Positions 1 through 12,479 of a stretch of 53,858 bases of DNA are shown here, in pieces. A model generated the notes under the pieces. It saw only the letters and a list, made by a program, of their open reading frames with translations, did not search any database and was not told the DNA's origin. The DNA comes from Psammoneis japonica (lineage: Eukaryota), in assembly GCA_008632985.1 (NCBI GenBank), contig QPGO01000274.1, positions 1-53,858 on the forward strand. Direction: 5' to 3'. The translations under genes were made by a program, and so were the position numbers. Every line of letters begins with the position of its first letter. Position 1 is the stretch's first letter.

Positions 1-69
1 TTCAATGACTTGTTTCAACATTTCAGCGGACTGGCTGTCAAAAACAAAATTCGTGAACAACATCATCAG

Positions 70-1951
70 TCCGGCAATGCCGGCCCTTTCTCTCGTCGGC
101 TTTGTGCTGTTGTGCAACCCGGGATGTTTCCTTTCACGCAAGGTTTGGGTCATTGCATCGGCGAACTTTCCTGCTTCGTCGACATCACCACCCAGCCCGA
201 GGTTCCTGTTGGTGTCCTCCCTTGCCTTTTGAACCACGGCCTTTGCAGATTCGCAATCGGAAGTGAACAGATGCTTGAGCACCATTTTCCCAAGTTTTTC
301 GTGCGCTTCGATGTGCTTGACGCCGTCACTGCCTTTCTCCTTCGGCTGCATCGCCTCCTCGTCTGCGACCACCTTCCTGCATCGCAGCTCACCCAACATC
401 CATTTGTGCGTGTTCAGTTGCGCGTCGTCGAGCAAACTGATGAAAGTCCTTAAAGCTTCGCCTTGAACCCGATGTGGTGTCGGCTTGGATGACCTCGCTG
501 GCATCTTTTGCAAAGGAACAAACTTCTTTCCCCAAAACAATCATGCTTGATGTGCGGTTCGGATTTTCTTCAACGCACGGAGACAACATCGCCAATGGGT
601 CTCTTTCGACATCCTGTCCATGAGTGCTTGTTGTTCACAATTCAATTTTTTCCCCAACAACTCACTGAATTGCCTTGGGGGAAACATCTGCATCAGTGCC
701 AGGTCAACGCCCAACACGCGGTGCTGTCCATCGAGGAAGGAGTTCCGAATGGCTGCAATTGCTTGCAACATCAGCTTGCATTCCAACATGAGAATGGATT
801 TGTTGCGTGTCGTCTTGTTCTTGCAGTGTGTGAAAGGGGCGAAATTTGCGTTTTGAATGACAAAAGTTCGGCACAAGATGTTTTGCAATCTTTTGTGCAA
901 GGATTCAAAATTTGCCATCTTCCTCAAAGAATTGCATTGTTGATCCAAAAGCACATGAAGTGTGCATGTCAGGAAAAGTCCCTTCTGCCGACTGTTTCCA
1001 GTTGTCTTTCACATTCATCAATTGCGTCCTTGTGTCCGCATTGTCGCCCTCCATCTTGGCGTGTGTGAGCAATGCAGACAGCCCGAGCGCGTGTTCCTCG
1101 GCAACAAAGGATGCGCCGGCATTGCTCGAACTTGGTTCGCTGCAATCACGGCAGAGCTCACAAGCCGGAAGCACCTTTCCAAATTTTGCAGTTTCATGTG
1201 TGACCGCACAGGGCGTCACTGTGTGCGGCACAATGTTGAATGATTTGCTGGAAAGCCCATGCGCACTCTGCAAAGTCCCCACACGGTTCTTGTCGGAGAC
1301 TGGTGCCAGCGGGTTGTAATCTGGGTTGTAGATCTTTTCGTTGTTGGCATGCCTTTGGTTGACATCTGGTTGACTGAGAGGACACATGGCTGCAACATCG
1401 CGGTTTCTTGCACAAGTCACCCCCGCGAACAGAGAGATGACCACCGGACTGACGTTTGCGTTGACCCTGTCGAAGCAATCTCCCATGTCTGCCCCCTTTT
1501 CTCTGTTGTTCTTTCGTTTGTTCATCAGTTTTTCCCAATCTTCGTTGGTGAATTCCTTCAGTTTGCAGGGGACACCTTTCGACAGGGGACATGACGGTGG
1601 CTCCAATTTCTTGAAGCACTCGTCATCTGATCTCACATCCCCCATCGGATTCTTTGGCACTGTTGCGTCCTTCACGATCACTTTGCCACAAATGACCCTG
1701 AAAATGGTGTGCACCTGCTCCACTGTCAATTCTTCATCAATCGGTGTGATTTTGTTGTGGGCTGCTGCCACACACCCAGGACTGCCCATCTCTCGCAACA
1801 TCAAGGTTCCCACCAAATTTCCAATTGTCCATTCTTCGCCGATCAGGTCTTTCATCATTTCCCTGTCGTCCTTGCTGATGGCTGCGTGGAATCTCAACGC
1901 CTGTTTGCCGTTGGTTGCACAAGGGAAAAAGGTCAAAATGTCGTTTGGCAA
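70..1951 (-). pseudogene. Degraded gene for an uncharacterised protein
   Basis: Protein-like ORFs 905..1951 (348 aa) and 541..954, with same-frame continuation past a TGA to about 70. Cys/His-rich and Tyr-poor. No family recognised; boundaries approximate. Confidence 0.4.
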
Positions 1952-2058
1952 CTCTTGTTGCCCTGGTGAGAAATGGAGATGGCGTCGTCTCTATTTTGCA
2001 CAACACGCTGTGTCAGACAGACATCCTCACGCCGGTGCATGATCGGTGCGGGCACGTG

Positions 2059-2511
2059 TCAATTTTTCCAAACAAACTTGGTGACGGACAGACCGTGTGA
2101 AATGGAGACGGCATCGTCTCCATCTCGCGCAACACGCAACATCGGACAGACGCTTTTACAATGCCGGGTGCAGTGACGCACGGTCACAAACTTCAACAAT
2201 GGAACCAGGAACCAGGAATCAACGCATGCTCGCCATTTCAGTTTGGCATTTTTGCCCTTGGCCACCCATTTCTTGTTGAACCGCAAACAAATGCCATGGC
2301 AATCGTCCTCCTTCCACCAGTCGCAGATTTCGTTGTGAGTGCCCCCTTTTTCCTCGTTTTCTTTAAACTCGCAAGGCAAGGCATCCACAAACACCCAATC
2401 GGCACCGTCATCCCCCCTGCAGCAAGTTTTCACAGTTGTGCCTGTTGGTGCATGATGACAGTCACCGCCGGGATCGTCTTGTGCTGTGAGCAACGAGCTC
2501 GGCACGTTCAT
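2059..2511 (-). pseudogene. Small hypothetical protein, probably TpA-eroded
   Basis: ATG at 2511 (MNVPSSLL...) within ORF 2059..2619; globular-looking sequence (DWVFVDALP, WWKEDD). The 3' end is uncertain because native stops may be mutated. Confidence 0.3.
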
Positions 2512-5500
2512 GGTGTTGTGTCTTCTTTTTGTGTTTCGTTTTTGTTGTTTTGTTCGTGTTTGTTGCCTTTTTCCCGCGTGATGGACGCAACCCGCGTGAA
2601 TTGTGATTTGATTCGTCAATCAACAAATGCACACGTCATCACTTTTCCATTGAGCGACGCATTGGTTTCCTTTGCTGCGCAACTGACATCCTCTCCGATT
2701 CGATGCAATGAAAATTTCGCCCAAGACCACATCAATGCGGGATCGCATCAATTTCGCACCCCCTGCTGACTGCTTTTTTTTTTAATGTCAACTTGGCCAA
2801 CCAGAAACCGGACCTTCCCATTCGACAAACGTGGTGTGCCCGCATCTTTTCCTGTTTCAAGATGGACGAACCAACCCGCTGTGATCTTGTCATGTCCATG
2901 ATCCAAAAGTGTGGACATGTCACCACCATGAAAAATTTGTTTCGAACGATCTACAATGCTTCAAATGATGAGGAGGCAAAGAGGCTTGCATTTGAACAAA
3001 TGGCTGCAGAATGCGAACGATTGCAAGGCGGTCCAATCGAACTGCCGGAGCATTGGACAATCACTGCGGACGAGGAGATTGACACTGTCACGGAGCTGTT
3101 TCCGCACAGAAAATTGAGAGCTGGCGACATCATTTTTTTTACACAAAGGTGCAGATTCCATCTGCGGCGCGAGTGTCGACGCCGACGAGTTCACACAGGT
3201 GGTTTGCAAGGGTGTTCATGCAGAGTTGCATTTGAATTCCCTCACAGACAGGCTGAAGGTCAACAGCAAAGGGCGTTTTGCTGTTTGTGGAGAGCCTGGA
3301 GACTTGCCAGTTCATGTCAGGGGCTTGGTTCCCAAGCAGGTTCCTCTGTCCAACCTGCCCCACATTCAATTGGGCATTGTCAAGACCGCTCATGCTGGAG
3401 TCGACATCTTCATCTGTCTTCACCATGTCGGCTGTCGCTGCGCTCCAGACAAGCCTCACTTCACAGACGAGCTGATTGCTGTTCTGAATGTTTGCCTGAA
3501 CCTTGCCAGAAAATGCTGCAAACGTTTGGAAAGTCATTCAGCTCTTTTTCCTCCTGAAGATGAAGTCGGTGAGGAAACAGAACAATGAACAATTTGGCAG
3601 AGAATTGTCCGAAAGCAGCTGTCGGATTTTTCCCCATTCGAAGCACCCGAAAGCAAGCACAGGGACAACAACAAAAGAATGAAAAGGCTTGGTTCTTGCA
3701 ACAAAATCAGGGGACATTTTGCGCAATTTCACTTCTCTGCTGTGTTTGAGGTTTTGACCAAGATTGCGTCGGAGGACGTGGGTTGGACGGTGGCAGAGGG
3801 CATTTGGAATCACATGGAAACGGGGTTTGATCGCAAAAAGCATTTTTCTGCCGCTGATTTGCTGGCGGCTGCAAAGGATTTGAAGGAGAACTGCCTCCTC
3901 ACCGCACAAGCAGTGGGGATGAAGACGTCATGCAGTGGCAGTGGCGAGCACATCTCGTGCATTGAGGTGGGCGCAACAGCAACCAACGTGGCAGACACGC
4001 ACAACGAGTGTGTGCAGCACATGACCGACTTGCTCAAATGTGCTGCAAATGTCCTTGATGCAAAAGCAATCAAAAACGCAGAACAAAGCCTGTTCTTCAT
4101 TGACTTTGGAGCCAACATTTTGCCCGACAAAGACGTGTCTTTTCTCTTGAAACTTGACTCTGCTGCCACACAAGTGAAAGAAATGATGCAGGAAGAACGA
4201 ACCGGGGAAAACCACGATTCGTCCATTCTGCCCGCTCAGCCAAACAATGGCCAGATTGAGGACATGTTGGGCCAGGATGTTGAAGCCACTGGACACCCCG
4301 CCGATGGCAATGTTTCAGACGAGGATCATGTTCCGGAAGCCGCTGATTCCCTGCACATCCTGGATGAATGGGAAGCCCTTGGGCGTGGTTTCGAGGGCAA
4401 TCAACATTCTCAGCTGGTCACGAAAGAAAAGTTTGGCAACATTTCAACAGGTCACATTCTCACAAAAACATGCCGCCTGCGTGATCATGACGACGACGAT
4501 GATGACGTCGATCACCTTTTGGACCCGAGGGCTGGACATGTTCTGGCTGGGTGTCAAGTGCACATGCCCGCGATTCGAAACTGGGCCAGAGACCTGAATC
4601 GCTCCAATTGGGGCAGGGCATTTGGGAGTCTCCCGGTGCTCGTAGAGTCCCTTTTGTTGGGTGATTCGGCACAGGTGCAGTCAAATCGCAACAGCATCAG
4701 TTTGTCCAAATTGATCGATGAAATGGAGGACATCATGACCCGCGCCCTCGACCAGATGGTGACTTTCGATGAGAGGGGTGTTCGTTTTGAAGGTCACTGC
4801 GCAGTTGCGGGAAACACATTGGGTTGCCTTCTCCAACAATCAGAGTATCACAATGACAGCGATTCTGTTGCTGCCACGGCACCGGACTGGCCATCTCTGT
4901 TCAATCCCATGGGGGCAATCCGAGTGGCCCAGGAAAGCCAAGTCAGGAACTGCTGTGAATCACTCCGCGAACGATGTTTCCCTTGTCTTCGAAAGCTTGC
5001 TTCACATGATCTCGGTTCGACCGACGACACCGTCGAACAAGTGGATGTTCGTTCCTTCAGCGCTGAGCCAGGACTGCCATTTGTTCCAAAGCTGAGCTTG
5101 CAGTCCTGCTCTGCCGGCCGGGTTTCTTCACCCCAAAAATCCTCGAGAATGCAATGAAGGACGTGACGAGTGGACCATGGACGTTCCCGCACATTGCCGA
5201 ACAGAACTTTCACAAGAGGAAAAGCTTTGGACCTGTTGTGGATGTGGGGTTGACCCCAAATTGTTGCCTCTGAAAGCTGCCGACACAATCCGACTCAATG
5301 AACGGTCCAACATTGTGATTGAAACACAGTCACACTCAAGAATCAAGGCGGCGCTTCTGTCCACTGTCAAAACACCTTCTCATCCACAGCAGCAACTCCA
5401 ACGATGCCGACCTGGCAGAAAACGTCAATCTTGCAGTCCGACCCGATTGTGGTTTGTTCGAAGAACCTGATCTGGGTGTTCTCATGACCCGGTCTTCCGA

Positions 5501-5770
5501 GTCAATCCAATGTCTTGTTTCACAACTGCACACGGTTGTTGTCCACATGTGTGACAAGGAATGGCATCACAAGCTTGTCACTTCGAAAACTTCCACTGGC
5601 AGTGGTGCACCCCGGGAATGGCCAAATGTGTTGACAGATTTTTCGCAGTTTCCAACGACTCTTTCCGACGCCCTCGAGTTCATGTCCCGGAACCAACAGT
5701 CCACTTGTTTCAAGCACTGCTCCCATGCTGTTGTGAGAGAATGTGAGTTTTTTGTCATTCCCTGTCCTCC

Positions 5771-6060
5771 GCCAAATCGATGCACCCCTGTCTCGATTCC
5801 GTAACCGTGGTCGCACCATGGACAGACGATCGCGGGATCGATGCCACACCGCACCGATCCGCCATTTGTTGACGGACAGACCGCTGCATCATCGATGCGC
5901 GGCATGTCGCACCGACCACTGCCAAATCGAAACCCTGTCTCGATGGGGCAACCGTGGTCGCACCATGGACAGACGACCGCCAGATCGATGCCACACCGCA
6001 CCGATCCGGCATTTGTCGATGGACAGACCGCTTCATCATCGATGTGCTGCATGTCCCACC
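5771..6060. repeat. Two diverged ~150-bp tandem copies, probably intronic
   Basis: gccaaatcga...aaccgtggtcgcaccatggacagacga...gatcgatgccacaccgcaccgatcc occurs twice. Confidence 0.85.
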
Positions 6061-6146
6061 AATTTGTTGGCTGGCATTCATCATTTCCAATTAATTTCTT
6101 TCGCTGACACCCCTGTTGTTCCTTTCGTTTTCATCAATTGATTCTC

Positions 6147-6537
6147 GACGCGTTCCAGCCGCAGGTGGGACTCCGTGTGACATTGGGCCCGCAGAATTCT
6201 GCGTGCGAGCTCCGCAGTGCGAGAATTCAATCAATGGACACATTTGTCTTCAACATCAAATAAACGGCCAAGTTTGTGGCACAATTGTGCCTCTCACCAC
6301 TCGACTTTTTTTGCAAACACGCCTGCCCCACGCGATTCTTAAGACATTGTAGAATCGCGCTGTAACAAAAAATGTCAAAAGTTGTTGGACGGATCGCTCA
6401 ACAAGTGCACCGTAAAATGACACAAAATGTCAAAAAAATCACGTAGAAATCTACGTGCGCGACATGCGACGTGATTCAAAAAACTGTCGATGTCACAGTT
6501 CAGCAGTGCGAGGTCCCACCTAGACCTGGAACACGTC
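6147..6537 (+). mobile_element. MITE family A, copy 1 (391 bp)
   Basis: Imperfect ~27-bp TIRs gacgcgttccag..aggtgggac / gtcccacctagacctggaacacgtc. 4-bp TSD TCTC (6143-6146, 6538-6541). Homologous to three other copies in the window. Confidence 0.92.
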
Positions 6538-8068
6538 TCTCTGTTGTGATGTTTTTGGCGTGGTCAACAGCCCAGTTGGCTGAGTTGTGCTTTGGTCCTC
6601 GAGATGCCAGTGACAGAGGGTGGAAAAAAAGTCCAAGCACCAACCCACATTGGTTTGTGGAGGGTTTTCTCGACCGACTGAGGAAAAAGATTGTGGGTGG
6701 TGGTTCAAATGTGGATTTTCCATCATCCATTGTCTGACTGCATGCGTCGAAAGATTTTCTCTGATGTGTTTGTCAGTCGCTGTCCTGTTGTTGCTGAAGG
6801 TGCAGACCGCTCCCCTCCCATTGTTTGGAGCACCCAAGGTTCCAGGATGATGCGTTGTTCTGGCGAGTTTAAATCTGTGCACACTCCTCCAGGTGGGACT
6901 CCGCCTGCTCTCGCCCCGGATTCCTTGGTGGGTCCCCTCAGCAGCGACCGTGATTTGCTGAATTTGAGACAATTTGTTGACCGCGACATGTTCTGGACTT
7001 GTCTTGTGGACAAAGCTCACTGTGATTTTCCCAAGCAGATCAACGTCGGTCAAATCATCGTCGCACGGTGTGTCGCATGTTCTCTTGTGGAAATGAGGAG
7101 GGAGAAGGGCACGGGAAAATTGGCCATGGGCCAAGCGATGAAAAGAGCATGTGACATGAGTTTGTCTCCAGGAATTGAGCTGCTCCATTTTTTCGACTCA
7201 AAAGCAAAATGCTTGACGTTTGTGAAGAACGCCATTGGCACTCTCCACGCAAAGAAGTTTTGGGACGAAACACAACCTGAAATCACATCACACCCACTTG
7301 GCATGGACAACAGCCTCCTGGCCACCTGGAGGTGCATTCTCCGCAACAGTGGAGAACCCAGTGACACACTTGGGTTTGTTCGAACTGGCAGAGACAACTC
7401 CGGCGCAGCAGTCTCTGGACCTGATGTTTCAATCAAGGGCCGCAATTCCGAAGATGAAACAAGGTTGATGGAGGAGCACATTCAAGGAGGAGACGATGTG
7501 TCCATGCTGAAGTTGGCCGCAAAGTGTGTTCTCACGGATGCAGTTTTGGAAAAACTGAGTGTGATCCGAACCTCTTGGACAAACAACCGCATTGATGTTG
7601 CCCGTGCCCTCAAGCAAAGGGAGCTGGACAGTTCTCACCCTTCCCCCGCACGCAATGCCAACCAGGTTTTGCTCCGCAATCTTTGGGGCGAGCAAAGCAA
7701 CAAGACTCAGTTGAAGAATGCACAGATTCAGTTGGTGTGTGGCAGCACACCCTTTTTGTGTTTGTGTTGCAGCCGCAAGCCACCGACTCCGTTCCCGAAA
7801 TTATTTTTGTGCTCATGACCCACTCGACATGCCACACCAACCGACTGATTTTCACGCAAGATCAATCTGGTTTCATGTTGAAGCAGCAAGATTTTGGATT
7901 TTCATGGCAAGCCCCCCTTCCCCCAAATTTTGTGAATTTTGTCACTGTCTCACAATTTTTCCATTTTTGCTTTTGTCAAACGACGCTGCAGCAACTGGAG
8001 CAATTGACTTTTTTGAAAGCACGTTGATCACAAGGGAATTGTCAGATTCGACGCCGCCACCGACGACC

Positions 8069-8377
8069 ATGATGACTGATGACATGACCCCCACACGGCT
8101 TTGTGACAAGACCTCGGTGGCTGCAAGCTCATTTGGTGAAAACGAGCACGACCCAACAGGAACACCCAAACAGTCGTGCACAAAATCAGTTTTGCCCCAG
8201 CTTCCCATGCCTGACAACATTTCCACAGGGCACATTTTGCTTGCAACGAGCCGCTCCTGTGATGACAAAATTGTTTCTGTTGGCCAACAGATGCACAAGA
8301 CAGGAGACTCGTTGTCCGGTTTTCAATTTTGTGTGCCCGCGGTTCGAAACCAAACCGACAATGTCACCCAGACGTAG
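8069..8377 (+). pseudogene. Gene fragment paralogous to part of ORF 3679..5157
   Basis: DNISTGHILL...SGFQFCVPAVRN matches GNISTGHILT...AGCQVHMPAIRN at about 4435-4580. Confidence 0.6.
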
Positions 8378-9095
8378 ATGGCGTGGTCTCGGCAAGCGCT
8401 TTGGGGTCTCGTCGATTGCATTGAAAGATCATCAACGTCTGGCTTGGCATTTTACAATTCAGCTCTCATTTTTTCCCTGGTTGCCGCCAATGGAAATCTT
8501 TTTTTTTTTCCGTCACCCCAGATTGACACGGAAGCCTGTCAATTCCTTGTTTTTTCCATTCGGATGTCATTGAATTGTCCATTTGACCACCGCGACTTTG
8601 TGCAATGCTCCAAGCTAAATTGGTGCGGGACCGCACCGATTTCTCCATGGAGTGGAAATGACACCATCCATGTCCGCATGGTTTATTTCCAAATTGGCTG
8701 CCCCGCCTTCTTCTCCAGCTCCAACCCTGCTTTCTTCTCCGGCTCCAAGCAATGACGGTGCTCTGCAGCACAGATTTCGCTTTTGTCAAACCAGTGCGTC
8801 ACACGTCTCCTCGATCCCACTTTTTGCGATGGATTCACTGCGTCACTGTTTTTTTCACTTGAAGTTGTAAGATGCCCCTTGTCTTGTTGAAGCCGGAAGA
8901 CATTGCATTTTCGAGGGAACCTGTTTGTCATTTTTCCACCATCCTGTCACACTTCTCACAATTTCCAAACTTTGGCTGTTCACAACACAACGGATTCGCC
9001 GCATGTCTTTTCTCACGGACACTGACCCCTCTTGGAAGAGGGAACTCAGTGAAGTTTCTGAGTTGTTTTGTGAGTTGACAGCAAATCAAACCACC

Positions 9096-10040
9096 ATGAG
9101 GCCCGGCTTCATGAAAACCGCACTTCTCGAAAGCGACGAGGTTGTTGAGGAAGGCGAGATTTGTGAAACAATGAAAGACCTCATGGGTCTTGGAACAAAG
9201 TCATCATGGGCCTCGGTGGAACACAAGTCCAAATGCTCCGACGATGACACAAAGCAGATCTCACTCAGGTCTCCTTGTCAATTTGCACTGCGCACCAACT
9301 GACCAAACATGCTTTGAACACAGGGGAGGTTCTGTTTGGCTCTTTGTTTGGACAGATTCATTTGCATCTTGTCAAATTTGTTTTCCCAGCGGTGCTTTTT
9401 TGGGAAGGTGAGATTTTTTGTTGTGCACCACGTTTTTCATTTCCTTGCAGGTGATCCTGACTTCTTTTTTGCACCCCCTCATTCAGATGGAAAACATCGC
9501 TGGTCCAAAGCATCACGTCCGTTGATGCGGGATTTCCAAGACAGTGTGGTGTCCACCATGGATGGCAGTTCTCAGTGCATCTGCCTCAAGTGCGCTCCTG
9601 AGGTCATGGGTCTTTGGAACATTTACAAGACTGTGGCCGCAAATGGCACGGCGCACACGTTGACTGGAGGTCCTCTGCCACGTCCGACTTTTTGTTGTCC
9701 TTGGTTGGAAATCCTTGTTCACTGCTTCAACAGCGCACATCCGAATCTGTGCAACATCTTTGTCTGCGTCACCCAGCATGCTGAATCTCAAGATTCATCC
9801 GAAGATTCATCCGTGGCCAGTGTCTCCAAAAAAAGGAAAGCCACCAGTGACGAGGTGGTGTCCGACTTGTTGTTTTACAAAAAGGACATGGTGGAGGAAA
9901 CTTGCCATGAGTGTGTCTCATTGGCGATGGAGTTTGATCTTTCTGACCGCAACATTCTCGGAAGCCGCTCTTCTGACAAGAACGTCTGTCACTTCTGTCT
10001 TTTCAGCGACTCTGACTCTGAAGATGACTCCGCCGCTTGA
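9096..10040 (+). pseudogene. Hypothetical protein gene, probable intron near 9408-9450
   Basis: ATG at 9096 (MRPGFMKT...), in-frame TGA at 9300, GTGAGA...TTGCAG intron-like segment, acidic C-terminus. Confidence 0.4.
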
Positions 10041-10551
10041 AGACACGCACTGCAGTGTGCAATTCTTGCTTCTCTCGTGCCTTTTTTGACCGAGAAATAG
10101 ATGCGCGGTCGTCTCCATTTCGCACGACTTTGTATTCCAATGCCTCGTGTGGGATGACTGAATTTAATCGTTTTTATTTCACAACAACTGTCAGTGATTT
10201 TCATCTTGTTGCACTGATTTTCGAAGGCAGTCCCAGTCCACCAAACAAATTTTTAGTTCTGTGTCTGTGTGTGTGTGTGGCAACATCCGCAAAAATTTAA
10301 CCGACATTTGCACTTTTTCAATGACAGCAGCAATGTTCAAATGACATTTTTTCGTCTCTCCTTTGCATCCACGGTTTGCGAACAGTCAATGCCCAACAGA
10401 TGTGTGCGTGTGTCAATTTATCATCCGAAATCAAAAAGGGACCACTGGCTGCAAAATGGACCCGCAAGTCATTCCATGTTTTGATTTTGCATGTTTTCAC
10501 ATGAGATTTTCGTACGAAGCGCATTGAAATGACGGATGTTTTGAATCTCTC

Positions 10552-10788
10552 TCACATTTGACAAAAAGTCATTTGCCCAACCCACTTGGCTCACTCTTGA
10601 CAGATTTGCAGATGTCGACACATCTCTGGATGTGCTCGACAGATTTCCCGATGTCGACCAACCTCCCAATCACATTTGACAAAAAGTCATTTGCCCAACC
10701 CACTTGGCTCACTCTTGACAGATTTGCAGATGTCGACACATCTCCGGATGTGCTCGACAGATTTCCCGATGTCGACCAACCTCCCAAT
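10552..10788. repeat. Near-perfect tandem duplication, period 118 bp
   Basis: tcacatttgacaaaaagtcatttgccc...gaccaacctcccaa at 10552 and 10670; copies differ at tctctgg vs tctccgg. Confidence 0.95.
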
Positions 10789-11246
10789 CTTCGTGTTTCC
10801 TGTTGAAGGCCAGAAAAGGCGAAACAGGTGCACCACGGTGTCCAAACTGCATCTGACAAATGGGTGCAATGCCGTGTCCAAGTTGCGTTTGCTGTTGAAG
10901 GACAGACAACGCGGAACAGATGCACCACCGCATCTAATTTACGTCCGCTGTTCATGCACCGCATTTGTCCTGTCCCAAGCCCTGGCCTCAGCTTTTGGAA
11001 TTCTGGTGCAAAAACAACCCACTTTTTGGGATTTTTTTTTAAACACTGCAATTTTTTTTAATTTTTGTTTTTGTTGCTTTTTTTGTTTCATTTTTTATTT
11101 GTTTGTTTTTTTTGTGTGAGTTTTTTATGTGAGCTTTACAACAAACCCATGGTGACATGTTTGAACCTTGCAAGTTACCTCCTTTAACCTTGCAAGTGAC
11201 CTCTGAGCCAGGGGTTGAGCATTGGCCACAACTTCTTTTCATTCAT

Positions 11247-11421
11247 GAGTGCCCAGTCATGGCACAAAAAAAAAATGTTTTGTTTTTGTGCCACGACTGA
11301 CTCCAACAGTCCCGAGTGCTGTGAAACCCACACGGGCGGGGAGCAGACTTCCCAAGCAAGTCACGAGTGTCCAGTCATGGCACAAAAAAAAAAATTCATT
11401 TTGTGCCACGACTGACTCCAA
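11247..11421. repeat. Two direct copies of an inverted-repeat (hairpin) unit
   Basis: cagtcatggcacaaaa...ttttgtgccacgactg at 11254-11299 and 11372-11413. Confidence 0.85.
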
Positions 11422-12479
11422 TCCCTTTTCATTCCTGTGATGGAAACAAGCACACACTGAGTGAGTGACAGACAGACCTCCAAGCAAAGAAGGCTGTCGC
11501 TCGCCCCACCGCTGTTGCGGCCCGCCCTTGTCCTCTTCCTTCTTGGGAGTGCTGCACTCAGCACAAGCAGAAGACATTGGCTGTCTCTCACCTTGCCCCC
11601 TCTTTGATGCTTGGCGTTGTGGTGTCATCTTTGCGGAGTGCCTCTTTTTTCTTCTGGTGCCTTCATTTCCCCTTTCCATTTTCCCCCTTTCATGCGGTGG
11701 GCAGTCCAACAGTTCACAATGCAAGATTCAAGCCACACATCTTTGTCAATGGAAGGGTCCCACAGGTGCAAATGACTCTTCTTAAAAGTTGGCTTTTCAT
11801 CCTTTGGCCGTGGCTGTTGTCCTTGTTTGTCTGGCAAATCAAACAAAAACATCATTGGGGGTGGAAAATGACTCCGATGCTTCACCTTTGTCAACAGGGA
11901 TGCATTTGCTTGCTGGAGCCCATGACCCTGCCGGCGGCTCTTTTGGGGATGGAAGCTCTTCAGGAAACAAGGAGGGCTGGGGTGATGAGGCGCCCATGGC
12001 AAACAGAAAAGACAGATGCTGCTGACAGTGCCGCTGCTGCTGCTGATTGTGTGCCGACAGCAGAAGACAAAGCAGAAGGCAGAGAGACACCACGTGCCAG
12101 AAGTTCACACTGCACGCATGCAGACCCTGCCTGCACAGGCTGTTCAAAAAAGTCACCTCTGTTGTGCTGTCATGGCTTGTCCCAACCAGGTCAGAAAGGA
12201 GCACATTCATGGAAGCCAAACACCAAGAAGCCTTCAAGCCTTCAAGCAGACAGCAGACAGTGCTGCAGACCCTGCTGGCATGAAATGCAGGACTGGGCGG
12301 CGAGGAGCTAGAGAGAGTGGAGAGCAGGGAGGGTCTCACAAGTTCTGTGTTAATTTGTTTTCACTCAGGAGCTTTTAATCATCACAAATGCAGCCTCCAA
12401 ATTGTGACCATGACACTAAAACAATTTGCAGAACTGCATTGAAGAATGGGACGACGTCCCCAGAGATGAGCTGGGGACA

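Larger units (their letters stand above)
2862..7818 (+). pseudogene. Large multi-exon uncharacterised gene, frameshifted and interrupted by MITE-A
   Basis: Chain of same-strand protein-like ORFs (2793.., 3199.., 3679..5157, 5177.., 5319.., 6691..7818). GTGAGT donor at 5743. MITE at 6147-6537. Confidence 0.5.

Noticed and set aside
11577..12380. Protein-coding gene at the start of the duplication unit
   Set aside because: Several frames are open but none gives a recognisable or consistently protein-like product.
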